NCBI GenBank assembly: GCA_017935905.1
Contig: JAGBGO010000010.1
Location: forward strand, 13,715-77,714
Origin: Clostridia bacterium
Lineage (GTDB): Bacteria > Bacillota > Clostridia > UBA1212 > UBA1255
DNA length: 64,000 nt
Direction: 5' to 3'
The notes under the pieces were generated by a model. The model had not been told where the DNA came from. It saw only the letters and a list, made by a program, of their open reading frames with translations, and did no database searches. A program made the translations under genes and the position numbers. Positions 29,785-38,893 of this stretch are shown here, piece after piece (the first letter of the stretch is position 1; every line of letters starts with the position of its first letter).

Positions 29785-30308
29785 TTGTGTGGGGCATTAA
29801 AATCGCCGGCGCCGGTTTGATTTTGGCGGGCAGTTTCCTTTTTGGGACCAAATATCGGACGTACCTGCAAAGACGGTGGGCAATATTGGATTCTATCTAC
29901 AAAACCTTATGCATGATACGGGAAAAAATCATTCATGAAAATGAACTGTTGGTAACCGGTATGCTGACGTGCGGAAAAGCATATCCCGTGCCGGAAGGAA
30001 ACCTGTTTGAACGGTTTGCAAATTCCATGGAAGGCATGGACATTCCCGGTGAACAATGGAAAAAACATGTGAATGATTACCTGCATCAATATGGAATCTA
30101 CACGGAGCCGCTTGCTTCCGGTCTGCATGCCTTTAGCGACGCTTGGCAACACGTCAGTCCGGAATCCGTAACTTCATCCATTGAATCAGCCTGCGGTATC
30201 TTAGAAACAGAAATCAAGGCGGCAGAAGTCAAACAACAAAAAGAAGGTGCGCTCGCTTTGAAAATATCGTTGGCAATCGGTATTTTGTTGATTGTGTTGC
30301 TGATATGA
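29781..30308 (+). CDS. spoIIIAB: Stage III sporulation protein AB
   Basis: Size, single N-terminal TM and operon position. Confidence 0.75.
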   Translation: MIVWGIKIAGAGLILAGSFLFGTKYRTYLQRRWAILDSIYKTLCMIREKIIHENELLVTGMLTCGKAYPVPEGNLFERFANSMEGMDIPGEQWKKHVNDYLHQYGIYTEPLASGLHAFSDAWQHVSPESVTSSIESACGILETEIKAAEVKQQKEGALALKISLAIGILLIVLLI

Positions 30309-30318
30309 GGATTCATCT

Positions 30319-30513
30319 ATGGAAATTGATTTAATTTTTAAAATTGCAGGCATTGGAATTATCGTGGCCATTATCAATCAATTGCTCGGAAAGTCCGGGC
30401 GAGATGAGCAAGCCCTTATGGTCACCCTTGCAGGCTTGGTTATCGTACTTCTGATGTTGGCGGGGAAAATCAGCGAGCTTTTCTCGGTGCTTAAACGGTT
30501 GTTCTCGCTGTGA
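30319..30513 (+). CDS. spoIIIAC: Stage III sporulation protein AC
   Basis: 64-aa two-TM protein in the expected position. Confidence 0.75.
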   Translation: MEIDLIFKIAGIGIIVAIINQLLGKSGRDEQALMVTLAGLVIVLLMLAGKISELFSVLKRLFSL

Positions 30514-30529
30514 GAAAGGAGTCGTCAAA

Positions 30530-30928
30530 ATGGCTTCTATGATGCTGAAATGCTGTTTGTTCGCAATTTTGACCGGTGTGCTGGCTCTCTTACTTCGGGA
30601 ACTTCAAAGCGGACAATGGAGCATGCTCTGTGTGCTGGCAGGCGGTATTGTGCTTGTAACGGTAGCAGTGTCTGCCTTTGGAGAGTGGCTTGGACAAATC
30701 CGGACGTTTGTTGAGAAAAGCGGACTTGCGGGAAAAGAATGGACAGCTCTGCTGAAAAGCGCTTTGGTTTGCATTTCCGTGGACGTAACGGGTGAATTTT
30801 GTAAAAATATGGGACAACCATTCTTGGCCCATGGATTGGAAATGGCGGGAAGAGTATGTTTGGGTGTGATTGCAATTCCCTATATTTTGGACGTGCTCTC
30901 TTTGTTGGAAAGTATTTTGCGGGCATAG
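30530..30928 (+). CDS. spoIIIAD: Stage III sporulation protein AD
   Basis: 132-aa multi-TM protein in the expected position. Confidence 0.75.
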   Translation: MASMMLKCCLFAILTGVLALLLRELQSGQWSMLCVLAGGIVLVTVAVSAFGEWLGQIRTFVEKSGLAGKEWTALLKSALVCISVDVTGEFCKNMGQPFLAHGLEMAGRVCLGVIAIPYILDVLSLLESILRA

Positions 30929-30946
30929 CAGGGAAAGGAGAAGGAG

Positions 30947-31894
30947 ATGGAAGGTCTGGAATTTCTCAATGAATATGAAGTTGTATTCGGATTGGATCCT
31001 TCCGGATCTGTTTCCTCCATTCATTGGAAAAATGTATTTCTGGAGATTCTTTCTTATGCAGGGAATGTGGCGGCAGAAACCAAAACAGTGGTTTTGCTGA
31101 TTTTTGCAGTCAGTATTATGGCAGTCTTTTTGCCAAAAGGGAAGTATTCTGTTTATATTTTTATTGCGATCTGCGGCGTGCCGGTTCTTCGGGATTTTAT
31201 TCAACTGGTGGAAGTGGGGCGAAATGGCATCAGCAATTTGACCAGCATGATGGTTGGCGCGATTCCTGCTTTGTTTTCCTTGCATTTTACCGGTGGTACC
31301 GGTGTTTTCCTTTTTATTACGCAGATTGTGGGATTTTTAGCACTACACTTTTTTCTTCCGCTGGTTCTGTGTCAAACGGCACTGGGCATCGGCGACTGTT
31401 TGACAGGTCCGTTTCGTCTGCAAGGGATTCATCAAAGTGTACGCAGCATTTTTACCTGGGGACTTGGTATGGTGATGTTGGTTTTCAGTGTTACGTCTGC
31501 GGTGAGCGGAACCCTTCTTGGCACCAATGCTACAACAGTAGGTCGATCTTTGCGTTATGCGGGCAGCGCAATTCCCGTCGTAGGACGGTATTTGGCGGAA
31601 AGTGCCGAAATGATCTATGCAGGTGGTTCCGTTCTTGCCAGTACCGGAGGCGTTGGGGTTTGTATTGCAGTGATTGGATATATGCTGCGGCCATTTGTAC
31701 AACTATTCATTTACAGTATGATTTATAAATTTACGGCATTTTGCGTTCGTCCCTTTGGGGAAAGCGGGATCGTGTCGCTTTTGAATGCGGTGTCTGAAGG
31801 GCTCAGTGGTCTTGCTGGTCTTACTATATTGGTAGCAGCAGTGGCATTGATCAACGTGGCGGTAATGATTCGGGTCGTAGGCTTTGGCATTTAG
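30947..31894 (+). CDS. spoIIIAE: Stage III sporulation protein AE (short, 315 aa)
   Basis: Polytopic membrane protein in the AE position. It lacks the long N-terminal extracytoplasmic region seen in Bacillus AE. Confidence 0.7.
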   Translation: MEGLEFLNEYEVVFGLDPSGSVSSIHWKNVFLEILSYAGNVAAETKTVVLLIFAVSIMAVFLPKGKYSVYIFIAICGVPVLRDFIQLVEVGRNGISNLTSMMVGAIPALFSLHFTGGTGVFLFITQIVGFLALHFFLPLVLCQTALGIGDCLTGPFRLQGIHQSVRSIFTWGLGMVMLVFSVTSAVSGTLLGTNATTVGRSLRYAGSAIPVVGRYLAESAEMIYAGGSVLASTGGVGVCIAVIGYMLRPFVQLFIYSMIYKFTAFCVRPFGESGIVSLLNAVSEGLSGLAGLTILVAAVALINVAVMIRVVGFGI

Positions 31895-31899
31895 GAGGT

Positions 31900-32466
31900 G
31901 TGGGTAAAATGACGTGGATTGTACGGCTATTGTGCCTGGCAATCTTACTGGGGATTCTCTATGCATTGGTGCCGGAAGGGCCGCTGCGCGCTGTATTGTG
32001 CTGTGTAATGGGCCTTGTGTTGCTTGTATCCATCTTGCGACCTGTTGGAAATTTGCTGCGGGATCATCCGCTTACCTGGCTGAATTCTGTTATGATTGAA
32101 GACACGGAGAATCTGTATACAGATGGGAATCGGGATGCTGTTTTGACAGAGTACAAAGGGAAATGTAACCAAGCCATTGCTGCTTACGTTCAAGAAAAGG
32201 AGGGTGTTTCCCGATGTCGCGTAGACGTTTTAATCGATGACAATTGGGATTCGGCAACTTTTGGCAGTCTTCAGCACGTGTATCTATATATCACTTTCGG
32301 AAAAGAAAAAGAGAATAGTCCGGTGTGGATTCCGCCGATTGTAATTGGTTCGGAATCAAAACCGGATTATTCAACCGCCATAAAAGAGATTCAAGCAGCC
32401 GTTTCTACTTGGTTGCAGATCAACGAAAAATACGTAACTGTTTTTGAGGAGGGATCCAATGGGTAA
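31900..32466 (+). CDS. spoIIIAF: Stage III sporulation protein AF
   Basis: Two N-terminal TM segments, operon position. Confidence 0.7.
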   Translation: MGKMTWIVRLLCLAILLGILYALVPEGPLRAVLCCVMGLVLLVSILRPVGNLLRDHPLTWLNSVMIEDTENLYTDGNRDAVLTEYKGKCNQAIAAYVQEKEGVSRCRVDVLIDDNWDSATFGSLQHVYLYITFGKEKENSPVWIPPIVIGSESKPDYSTAIKEIQAAVSTWLQINEKYVTVFEEGSNG

Positions 32467-33067
32467 AATGAAATTTCATATTCGTGTACCGTCGGCATGC
32501 CGTTTGCCAATTGTTTTGATGTTTGTAGGTGTTCTTTTGATGATGGTCAGCCATTTTTTTACCGCACCCCGCAAATATGACACCCGTTCTGACCTGCCGC
32601 AATCCTCCGTTTCACAACCGCAGCAGAATTATACAGACGGTGCCACTCAATCGATCGTTACCGACTGGCGAACGATTACGTCGTATCACCAAAATCGTTT
32701 GCAGAATTTTTTGAAGAATATTCAAGGTGTGGGAGACGTTTCTGTGATGGTGTACTGTGATCGGTCATCTATATTGGAGTTGATTTCCAATTCTGTTCTA
32801 CATACCCAAACGACAGAGGAATCCGATGGAAACGGCGGGAATCGTGTGGTTCAGGAGGATGAATCGGAGGGGCAATATCTGGTGTTGGAAGATCAATACG
32901 GCAACCAGCGTGTGGTGGCGGTTCAGGAGTCTGTTCCCGCGATTACAGCCGTATGTGTGGTATGTGAGGGCGGTGGTAAAATGGCGGTGCAGGAACGGGT
33001 TATTGCTGCCATTGCTACGCTTTATGATTTGCCGCCAAGTAAAATTGCAGTATTGCCCGGGAAATAA
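32459..33067 (+). CDS. spoIIIAG: Stage III sporulation protein AG
   Basis: Start placed at ATG 32459 (GAGGAGGG RBS). Single TM plus a YscJ/FliF-like ring domain. Confidence 0.7.
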   Translation: MGKMKFHIRVPSACRLPIVLMFVGVLLMMVSHFFTAPRKYDTRSDLPQSSVSQPQQNYTDGATQSIVTDWRTITSYHQNRLQNFLKNIQGVGDVSVMVYCDRSSILELISNSVLHTQTTEESDGNGGNRVVQEDESEGQYLVLEDQYGNQRVVAVQESVPAITAVCVVCEGGGKMAVQERVIAAIATLYDLPPSKIAVLPGK

Positions 33068-33123
33068 CGTTCTATTTGATTGAAAACAAACATATATTTT
33101 ACAAGCATTAAAGGAGGGGTTTT

Positions 33124-33699
33124 ATGAAATTCAATATTTTACAGAAAGTGAAAAATATGTCTTTACGGACGAAACGAATCTTGGCGCTAAGCGTTTGCGT
33201 GCTTTTGTTGGGAATGGCAATCATACAAAGCGTGTCATCCGGAAAAAGTACAGCAGTTCAAGGTGATACCGATACGTCCGTGTCCGGAGATTCGGATACG
33301 CTTGTGGATTTAGTAGGTGTATCTAAAATTGAAGATGAAGAAGAATATTTTGCGGGCAAGCGCCTTAGTCGGTTGAATCAGCAAAGTGCGCAAGCGGAAG
33401 AATATGCAAGTGTATTGGAGGACGCTACCGCTGACAAAGATGCTATTTCACAAGCGGAAAGTCTGCTTGCGTCCTTAAATGCAATAATGTCCTGTGAGAA
33501 TGATTTGGAGTCTCAAATTAAATCTTTGGGGTATGCGGACGTTTTTGCAGAGTTAAAATCTGACGGTTTGGTGGATATTACGGTGCTTGCCCAGTCTCTT
33601 ACGGAAGCGGACGTTCAGTCCATTGCTGTAATCGCAAAAGAATTAACACAATCCTCTATGGAGCGGATTACCGTGCGCGGGGTACGGGAACTGAATTAA
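33124..33699 (+). CDS. spoIIIAH: Stage III sporulation protein AH
   Basis: N-terminal TM and an acidic coiled region, in the last position of the operon. Confidence 0.7.
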   Translation: MKFNILQKVKNMSLRTKRILALSVCVLLLGMAIIQSVSSGKSTAVQGDTDTSVSGDSDTLVDLVGVSKIEDEEEYFAGKRLSRLNQQSAQAEEYASVLEDATADKDAISQAESLLASLNAIMSCENDLESQIKSLGYADVFAELKSDGLVDITVLAQSLTEADVQSIAVIAKELTQSSMERITVRGVRELN

Positions 33700-33702
33700 G
33701 TG

Positions 33703-33731
33703 TTGACAGAAAATTTTACCGTTGTTATAAT
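33703..33731 (+). promoter_or_regulatory. SigA-type promoter (TTGACA-17-TATAAT) driving the TPP riboswitch leader
   Basis: Consensus hexamers with 17-nt spacing. Confidence 0.6.
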
Positions 33732-33737
33732 ATTTTC

Positions 33738-33904
33738 GTCCGCTGGGGGCGCAGATCGCTGAGATGAAGCAATCCGCCTGACTGGATTGTTCGGTCCCCT
33801 GGAACCTGTGTAGTTAATCCTACCGTAGGGAAGCGGCGCTCTGATTTCCCGTCAGTTTCGCGTACAGATTCCTCGGACAATAATTTGTTGTCGGAGGATT
33901 TTTT
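33738..33904 (+). promoter_or_regulatory. TPP (THI-box) riboswitch with intrinsic-terminator expression platform
   Basis: Aptamer landmarks CUGGGGGCGC...GCUGAGA...CCCCUGGAACCUG...CUACCGUAGGGAAG. A terminator hairpin CCUCGGACAA...UUGUCGGAGG plus a U-run ends directly at the ATG and sequesters the SD. Confidence 0.8.
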
Positions 33905-34633
33905 ATGCTCAAAATTTTCAACACATTTATTAAAGACGGCTCCGTAAACTTAGTGGATGCATTTAAGGAACATTGGCTGTTCTTTTTATGCTGGATTGTA
34001 GGTTTGATTGCCCTGTGTTTTATCCTTTATTTTGCAGTAAAAGCGGTAAACCGCAAACTACATCCCGAAACCGAGACTGCATCGGTTGTTCAGGTCGGCA
34101 AGAAGAAATTATTTGATACGAAGACCCTTGTAATGGGTTCATTGTGTTTGGGGCTTGCATTTATTCTTTCGTTTATTAAATTATGGGAAATGCCCCAGGG
34201 CGGCTCGATTACCCTTGCAAGCGCACTGCCGATTATTTTATTTGGCTATATTTACGGTTGGAAACCGGGGTTCGTAGTTGCGTTTGCGTACTCGCTCCTG
34301 CAGATGATTCAATCTCCGGGATATGTAATGAACGTACCCCAAGCACTTTTGGATTACGTGGTTGCTTTCACCATTCTCGGCATCGCCGGTTGTTTTCGAA
34401 AGAATATCTTCTTAGGTACCGTCAGTGCTTACGTGCTTCGTTATTTTGCCCACGTTGGAGCGGGATTACTTTGGTATCAGCAGTACAACGCAACTTCCTT
34501 TAGCGGCACGGCTTACTGCTTCCTTTACAATTTGGTGTTCCTGCTTCCTGAATTGTGCATATGCTTGATCATACTGGCGGTTCCCAACGTACGAAAACTG
34601 ATTCGTCAGCTGCAGATTAAGGCTGGTAAATAG
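33905..34633 (+). CDS. Probable thiamine / thiamine-precursor transporter (ECF S-component-like membrane protein)
   Basis: Six-TM protein immediately downstream of the TPP riboswitch. Confidence 0.55.
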   Translation: MLKIFNTFIKDGSVNLVDAFKEHWLFFLCWIVGLIALCFILYFAVKAVNRKLHPETETASVVQVGKKKLFDTKTLVMGSLCLGLAFILSFIKLWEMPQGGSITLASALPIILFGYIYGWKPGFVVAFAYSLLQMIQSPGYVMNVPQALLDYVVAFTILGIAGCFRKNIFLGTVSAYVLRYFAHVGAGLLWYQQYNATSFSGTAYCFLYNLVFLLPELCICLIILAVPNVRKLIRQLQIKAGK

Positions 34634-34652
34634 TCTTATATAAATTACAATC

Positions 34653-34690
34653 AGACTGTCTCTTCCGAAGGTAGAGGCAGTCTTTTTTTG
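34653..34690 (+). terminator. Rho-independent terminator
   Basis: Long stem AGACTGTCTCTTCC/GGTAGAGGCAGTCT with loop GAA, followed by TTTTTTTG. Confidence 0.7.
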
Positions 34691-34749
34691 TGTCGGATCA
34701 GGCGCACTGTACATAAGATGTATTGAGATGTAAAGAGGAGGGGTTCCCG

Positions 34750-35868
34750 TTGATTTATATGGACAATGCCGCTACCAGTTATCCAAAGCCTTCTGTGGTA
34801 TTGGATGCTTTGTGGGAGGCTGTAGAGCGATGCGGTAATCCCGGAAGAGGCGCACACAGTTTATCCGTTTGGGCAGGGGAAAAAGTGTTGGAAACCAGGG
34901 AGAACATTGCTCGTTTGTTTCATGTTCAAGATGCTTCCCGCATTGCTTTTACCCAAAATGCCACCCACGCCCTCAATATTGCGGTGCATTTATGTTATGG
35001 CGAAATATTGACTACGTCCATGGATCATAATTCTGTACTGCGTCCATGTGCAAAAAGAGGGTATTATCGAATCGTTTCCGGGGATTACAACGGGCATCTT
35101 TCTCCGGATCAAATTGTTTCTGCCATCGGCGATATGACAGGCGCTGTGATTATGACCCACGCATCAAACGTAACCGGTGAAATTTACGAGATCGAACCCA
35201 TTGCCAAAGCTTGCAGAAAACGGGGGATTTTATTTATATTAGACTGTGCCCAAAGTGCCGGTACCGTTGATTTGAATTTGGAAAAAGTACCGGCGGATAT
35301 TGTATGCATCACCGGTCATAAAGGATTATTTGGACTTCAAGGAACAGGTGCCGTTTACGTAGCACCCCACGTGCCCATAAGCCCTTTTATGAGCGGCGGT
35401 ACAGGAACAAATACCTTTGATTTAACACATCCAAACCAAATGCCGGAATGTTTTGAAGCCGGTACGGTGAACACCCATGGTATTGCTACTTTATGCGCCG
35501 GGGTGGAATACGTGCTGGACTGTGGTATTTCTGCAATTCGTAAGAAAGAAAGCGCGCTTAGATCGTATTTTCAGCAGGAACTCGTGAAAATTCCGGGCGT
35601 TACAATATACGGCGACGGATCCAATTGTGCATATACCGGTGTGTTATCCATCAATGTTCTCGGAAAAGATCCCGGTATGCTGGCCAATTATCTTGCTTCC
35701 AAAGAAATCTGCGTTCGTGCCGGCTTTCATTGTGCACCGCTTGCCCATGATACAATCGGAACCAAATCACTGGGCGGTACGGTGCGTTTCTCCTTAAATC
35801 ATTTGAACACAGTAGATGAAATTGACGTGGTGATCTCCTATATAAAAGAATTTTGTAAAAATCTTTGA
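34750..35868 (+). CDS. Class V aminotransferase-fold PLP enzyme (cysteine desulfurase family)
   Basis: Carries the HKGLFG lysine motif. The probable start is TTG 34750, 8 nt after GGAGG; the alternative is ATG 34759. Confidence 0.7.
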   Translation: MIYMDNAATSYPKPSVVLDALWEAVERCGNPGRGAHSLSVWAGEKVLETRENIARLFHVQDASRIAFTQNATHALNIAVHLCYGEILTTSMDHNSVLRPCAKRGYYRIVSGDYNGHLSPDQIVSAIGDMTGAVIMTHASNVTGEIYEIEPIAKACRKRGILFILDCAQSAGTVDLNLEKVPADIVCITGHKGLFGLQGTGAVYVAPHVPISPFMSGGTGTNTFDLTHPNQMPECFEAGTVNTHGIATLCAGVEYVLDCGISAIRKKESALRSYFQQELVKIPGVTIYGDGSNCAYTGVLSINVLGKDPGMLANYLASKEICVRAGFHCAPLAHDTIGTKSLGGTVRFSLNHLNTVDEIDVVISYIKEFCKNL

Positions 35869-35886
35869 AAATTCACTTTTTCCCAC

Positions 35887-35915
35887 TTTACAAAAAAATA
35901 CAGGTGTGGTATAAT
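35887..35915 (+). promoter_or_regulatory. Extended -10 promoter for tRNA-Pro (TTTACA-17-TGgTATAAT)
   Basis: Positioned 14 nt upstream of the tRNA 5' end. Confidence 0.5.
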
Positions 35916-35928
35916 CGCAAAGCGCTTT

Positions 35929-36006
35929 CGGGGTGTAGCTCAGTTTGGCTAGAGTGCTTGCTTGGGGTGCAAGAGGTCGCCTGTTCAAGTCAGGTCACTC
36001 CGACCA
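35929..36006 (+). tRNA. tRNA-Pro (anticodon GGG), CCA encoded
   Basis: Hand-folded. The C1-G72 acceptor CGGGGUG/CACUCCG is typical of bacterial tRNA-Pro. The D-arm is GCUC...GAGU, the anticodon stem CUUGC/GCAAG with loop UUGGGGU, and the T-arm GCCUG-UUCAAGU-CAGGU. Confidence 0.8.
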
Positions 36007-36016
36007 GCCGTAAGAA

Positions 36017-36050
36017 GCCCAAGAGGATTTCTCCTTTTGGGCTTTTTCTT
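36017..36050 (+). terminator. Rho-independent terminator after tRNA-Pro
   Basis: 11-bp stem GCCCAAGAGGA/TCCTTTTGGGC with loop TTTC, followed by a T-run. Confidence 0.7.
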
Positions 36051-36083
36051 TTGATAAAATGCGCAGGGGAAGGATTTCTATTT

Positions 36084-36962
36084 ATGAATTTAATTGCGGA
36101 TCAATGGAAAGATTATGAAATATTAGACGCGGGGGACGGTATGAAGCTAGAGCGTTGGGGAGACGTTATTCTTTCCAGACCGGATCCGCAAGTGATATGG
36201 AAGCCGGTTCGCCCGGATTTGTGGAAGAAGGCCCACGCTGTATACAGCAGAAGCCATTCCGGCGGCGGTAACTGGACGTACAAACGGGATTTTCCTAAGA
36301 ATTGGAAGATTCGTTATGATTGCTTGCAATTTCACATAGAACCTATGGGATTTAAACACACCGGTTTATTCCCGGAGCAAGCCGCCAATTGGGCGTGGAT
36401 GCGCAAACAAATTCAAGCGCGCATTCAAAAGGGTGGCACGGTGAACGTGCTAAATCTTTTTGGCTATACCGGCGGTGCTACCGTGGCTTGTGCACAAGCC
36501 GGTGCTAAGGTTTGTCACGTAGACGCATCCAAAGGTATGGTTCAAAGAGCCAGTGAGAACGTAGCCTTGTCCGGTTTGCAGGATCGTGAAGTTCGTTATA
36601 TTGTAGACGATGCGTTCAAGTTTGTAGCCCGGGAAATCAAACGCGGGCACCATTATGACGGTATTATTATGGATCCGCCTTCTTACGGAAGAGGTCCCAA
36701 TGGAGAAGTGTGGAAGTTGGAAGATAATTTGTATGCATTCGTAGAGGATGCCATGTCGTTGTTATCGGATCAGCCTTTATTCTTTTTATTGAATTCTTAC
36801 ACCACCGGTTTTTCTCCAACAGTTACCGGCAATATTCTTCGTATGACTGCACCGGCGCATACGGGACGGATTGAAAGCGGGGATTTGTTAATTCCCATTA
36901 CGTCTATGCCTGATACTTATTTACCCTGCGGTTCCTACGCTGCCTTAATCGGGGAGGCCTGA
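36084..36962 (+). CDS. Class I SAM-dependent RNA methyltransferase (RlmI/YwbD-like)
   Basis: Start at ATG 36084 with RBS AGGGGAAGGA. The track ORF 35865.. runs through the tRNA and terminator and is an artefact. Confidence 0.65.
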   Translation: MNLIADQWKDYEILDAGDGMKLERWGDVILSRPDPQVIWKPVRPDLWKKAHAVYSRSHSGGGNWTYKRDFPKNWKIRYDCLQFHIEPMGFKHTGLFPEQAANWAWMRKQIQARIQKGGTVNVLNLFGYTGGATVACAQAGAKVCHVDASKGMVQRASENVALSGLQDREVRYIVDDAFKFVAREIKRGHHYDGIIMDPPSYGRGPNGEVWKLEDNLYAFVEDAMSLLSDQPLFFLLNSYTTGFSPTVTGNILRMTAPAHTGRIESGDLLIPITSMPDTYLPCGSYAALIGEA

Positions 36963-36963
36963 A

Positions 36964-37692
36964 ATGAATCCTGCCGCTCTTCAAATTCTGTATGAAGACA
37001 ATCATATTATGAGTGTTGTGAAACCCTACGGCATTCTTTCCCAGGGCAACGGAAGCCGGGATGAAGATATGCTGAATTTGATTGCGGCTTTTATTAAAGA
37101 AAGAGATCATAAACCGGGAAACGTTTTTGTGGGTTTAGTACACCGACTGGATCGAAACGTAGGGGGCACTATGATCTTTGCAAAGACGTCCAAGGGTGCA
37201 TCCAGATTGTCGGCCAGTATGCGAGAAGGTGCCTTTTGTAAGGGTTATTTTACGCTAACCCAGAGGCCTTTGCCTGCCAATTCCGGATTGCTGGTTCATA
37301 CACTTTGGAAAGATCCCCGAAAGAATCAAGTTTTTCAGAGACCGGATGGCAAATTATGTAAGTTGGGGTATCATCTTGTGGGACATTACGGTTCACATTA
37401 CGTGTATTTTGCAGTACCGATTACAGGAAGGACGCATCAAATTCGAGCTCAATTTGCCTTCTCCGGTGCGCCGCTTGTAGGAGACAGTAAATACGGGACG
37501 GCACCCGCCGGACAAGGTCTTCCCATTGGATTGTGGTCCGGTGTTATTTCGGTACCGCATCCGATTCGCAAAGAAGAAACCCTGCTTTTCACCAGCGTGC
37601 CGGAAGGAAGCCCTTGGGAAACGAATCCGGATATATTAACCGGAATTACAGATTTTGTTGAGAAGGGAGAATTTCCATGGAACTTCAATTGA
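36964..37692 (+). CDS. RluA-family pseudouridine synthase
   Basis: Catalytic motif HRLDRNVGG. Confidence 0.8.
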   Translation: MNPAALQILYEDNHIMSVVKPYGILSQGNGSRDEDMLNLIAAFIKERDHKPGNVFVGLVHRLDRNVGGTMIFAKTSKGASRLSASMREGAFCKGYFTLTQRPLPANSGLLVHTLWKDPRKNQVFQRPDGKLCKLGYHLVGHYGSHYVYFAVPITGRTHQIRAQFAFSGAPLVGDSKYGTAPAGQGLPIGLWSGVISVPHPIRKEETLLFTSVPEGSPWETNPDILTGITDFVEKGEFPWNFN

Positions 37693-38846
37693 TTGCAACC
37701 ACCGCTTTTGGTTTGGAAGGCGTGGCTGCCAGGGAGTTATCCTGGTTAGGCGTTGAAAATGCCCGTACGGAAAACGGACGCGTTCGTTTTACCGGTGGTT
37801 TCAATACAGTTGCTCGTGCCAATCTTTGGCTTCGTACGGCAGATCGTGTACTAATCTCTTTGGCGGAAGGGGAGGTTCACACTTTTGAAGAACTCTTTCA
37901 ATTGGTGCGGCGTATTCCTTGGGAGAACTTTCTGCCGGAAAATGCTTGCTTTCCGGTTACCGGAAAATCGGTAAAATCAGTGCTGCACAGCGTGCCGGAT
38001 TGCCAAGCCATTACTAAAAAAGCGATTGTGGAACGGTTAAAGCAGTCTTACCCGGTAGATTGGTTTCCGGAAGACGGTCCTTTGTTCAAAATTGAAGTAT
38101 CTATTTTGAACGACTACGCTATGATCACGTTGGACACCTCCGGTGCGGGATTGCATAAGCGGGGATACCGAAAGGATTCTATTAAAGCACCGATTAAGGA
38201 AACGTTGGCTGCCGGTATGCTTTTAATCAGTCATTGGAAGAAAGACCGGGCACTGCTGGATCCTTTTTGCGGAAGCGGCACCATTCCCATTGAAGCGGCT
38301 ATGATTGCCCGGAATATTGCCCCGGGACTGCAACGTACTTTTTTATATGAAACGTGGCCGTGTGTACCGAAAGGCACACGAGAAACAGCACAAAAAGAGG
38401 CTGAATCTAAGATCGACTATGATATTACACTTCGTATTTCGGCTTCCGATATTGACTATTTTGCCGTGAAACAAGCAAAAGAAAATGCGCAGATTGCCGG
38501 TGTTTTGGATGATATTACCTTTCAAAAATTAGACTTTAAAGCAACGTCGTCACACTACAAATACGGATCTATCGTAACCAATCCGCCTTACGGTGAACGG
38601 CTAATGGAAGAGAAAGAAGCGGCGCGTTTATATAAAGATATGGGTGCGCATTTTAAGCATTTCGATACGTGGTCAGTTTATTTGATTACTTCTTTTGAAA
38701 AATTTGAAACTTGCTACGGACGTAAGGCCCATAAGAAGCGTAAACTTTATAATGGTATGCTGAAATGCAATTTGTATCAATATTTCGGTCCGAAACCGCC
38801 ACGGCAACCGATCGCATCCGGGATTGCAAATGAGGCGGAAGAATGA
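37677..38846 (+). CDS. THUMP-domain class I SAM-dependent RNA methyltransferase (RlmL/YpsC-like)
   Basis: THUMP N-terminus, the DPFCGSGT SAM motif and the NPPYG catalytic motif. Confidence 0.75.
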   Translation: MELQLIATTAFGLEGVAARELSWLGVENARTENGRVRFTGGFNTVARANLWLRTADRVLISLAEGEVHTFEELFQLVRRIPWENFLPENACFPVTGKSVKSVLHSVPDCQAITKKAIVERLKQSYPVDWFPEDGPLFKIEVSILNDYAMITLDTSGAGLHKRGYRKDSIKAPIKETLAAGMLLISHWKKDRALLDPFCGSGTIPIEAAMIARNIAPGLQRTFLYETWPCVPKGTRETAQKEAESKIDYDITLRISASDIDYFAVKQAKENAQIAGVLDDITFQKLDFKATSSHYKYGSIVTNPPYGERLMEEKEAARLYKDMGAHFKHFDTWSVYLITSFEKFETCYGRKAHKKRKLYNGMLKCNLYQYFGPKPPRQPIASGIANEAEE

Positions 38847-38893
38847 TATAATGGCAATAATCTTGTAATGATTTTTACATGGGGGTCATTTTT

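Noticed and set aside
30590-31285. 231-aa minus-strand ORF across spoIIIAD/AE
   Set aside because: It is antisense to two well-supported membrane-protein genes in an operon. It has no RBS and a His/Arg/Cys-rich odd composition, so it is probably spurious.
35865-36962. 365-aa ORF in the track beginning at 35865
   Set aside because: Its first 73 codons run straight through tRNA-Pro (35929-36006) and the tRNA's terminator hairpin. The real gene starts at ATG 36084, which has a proper RBS.
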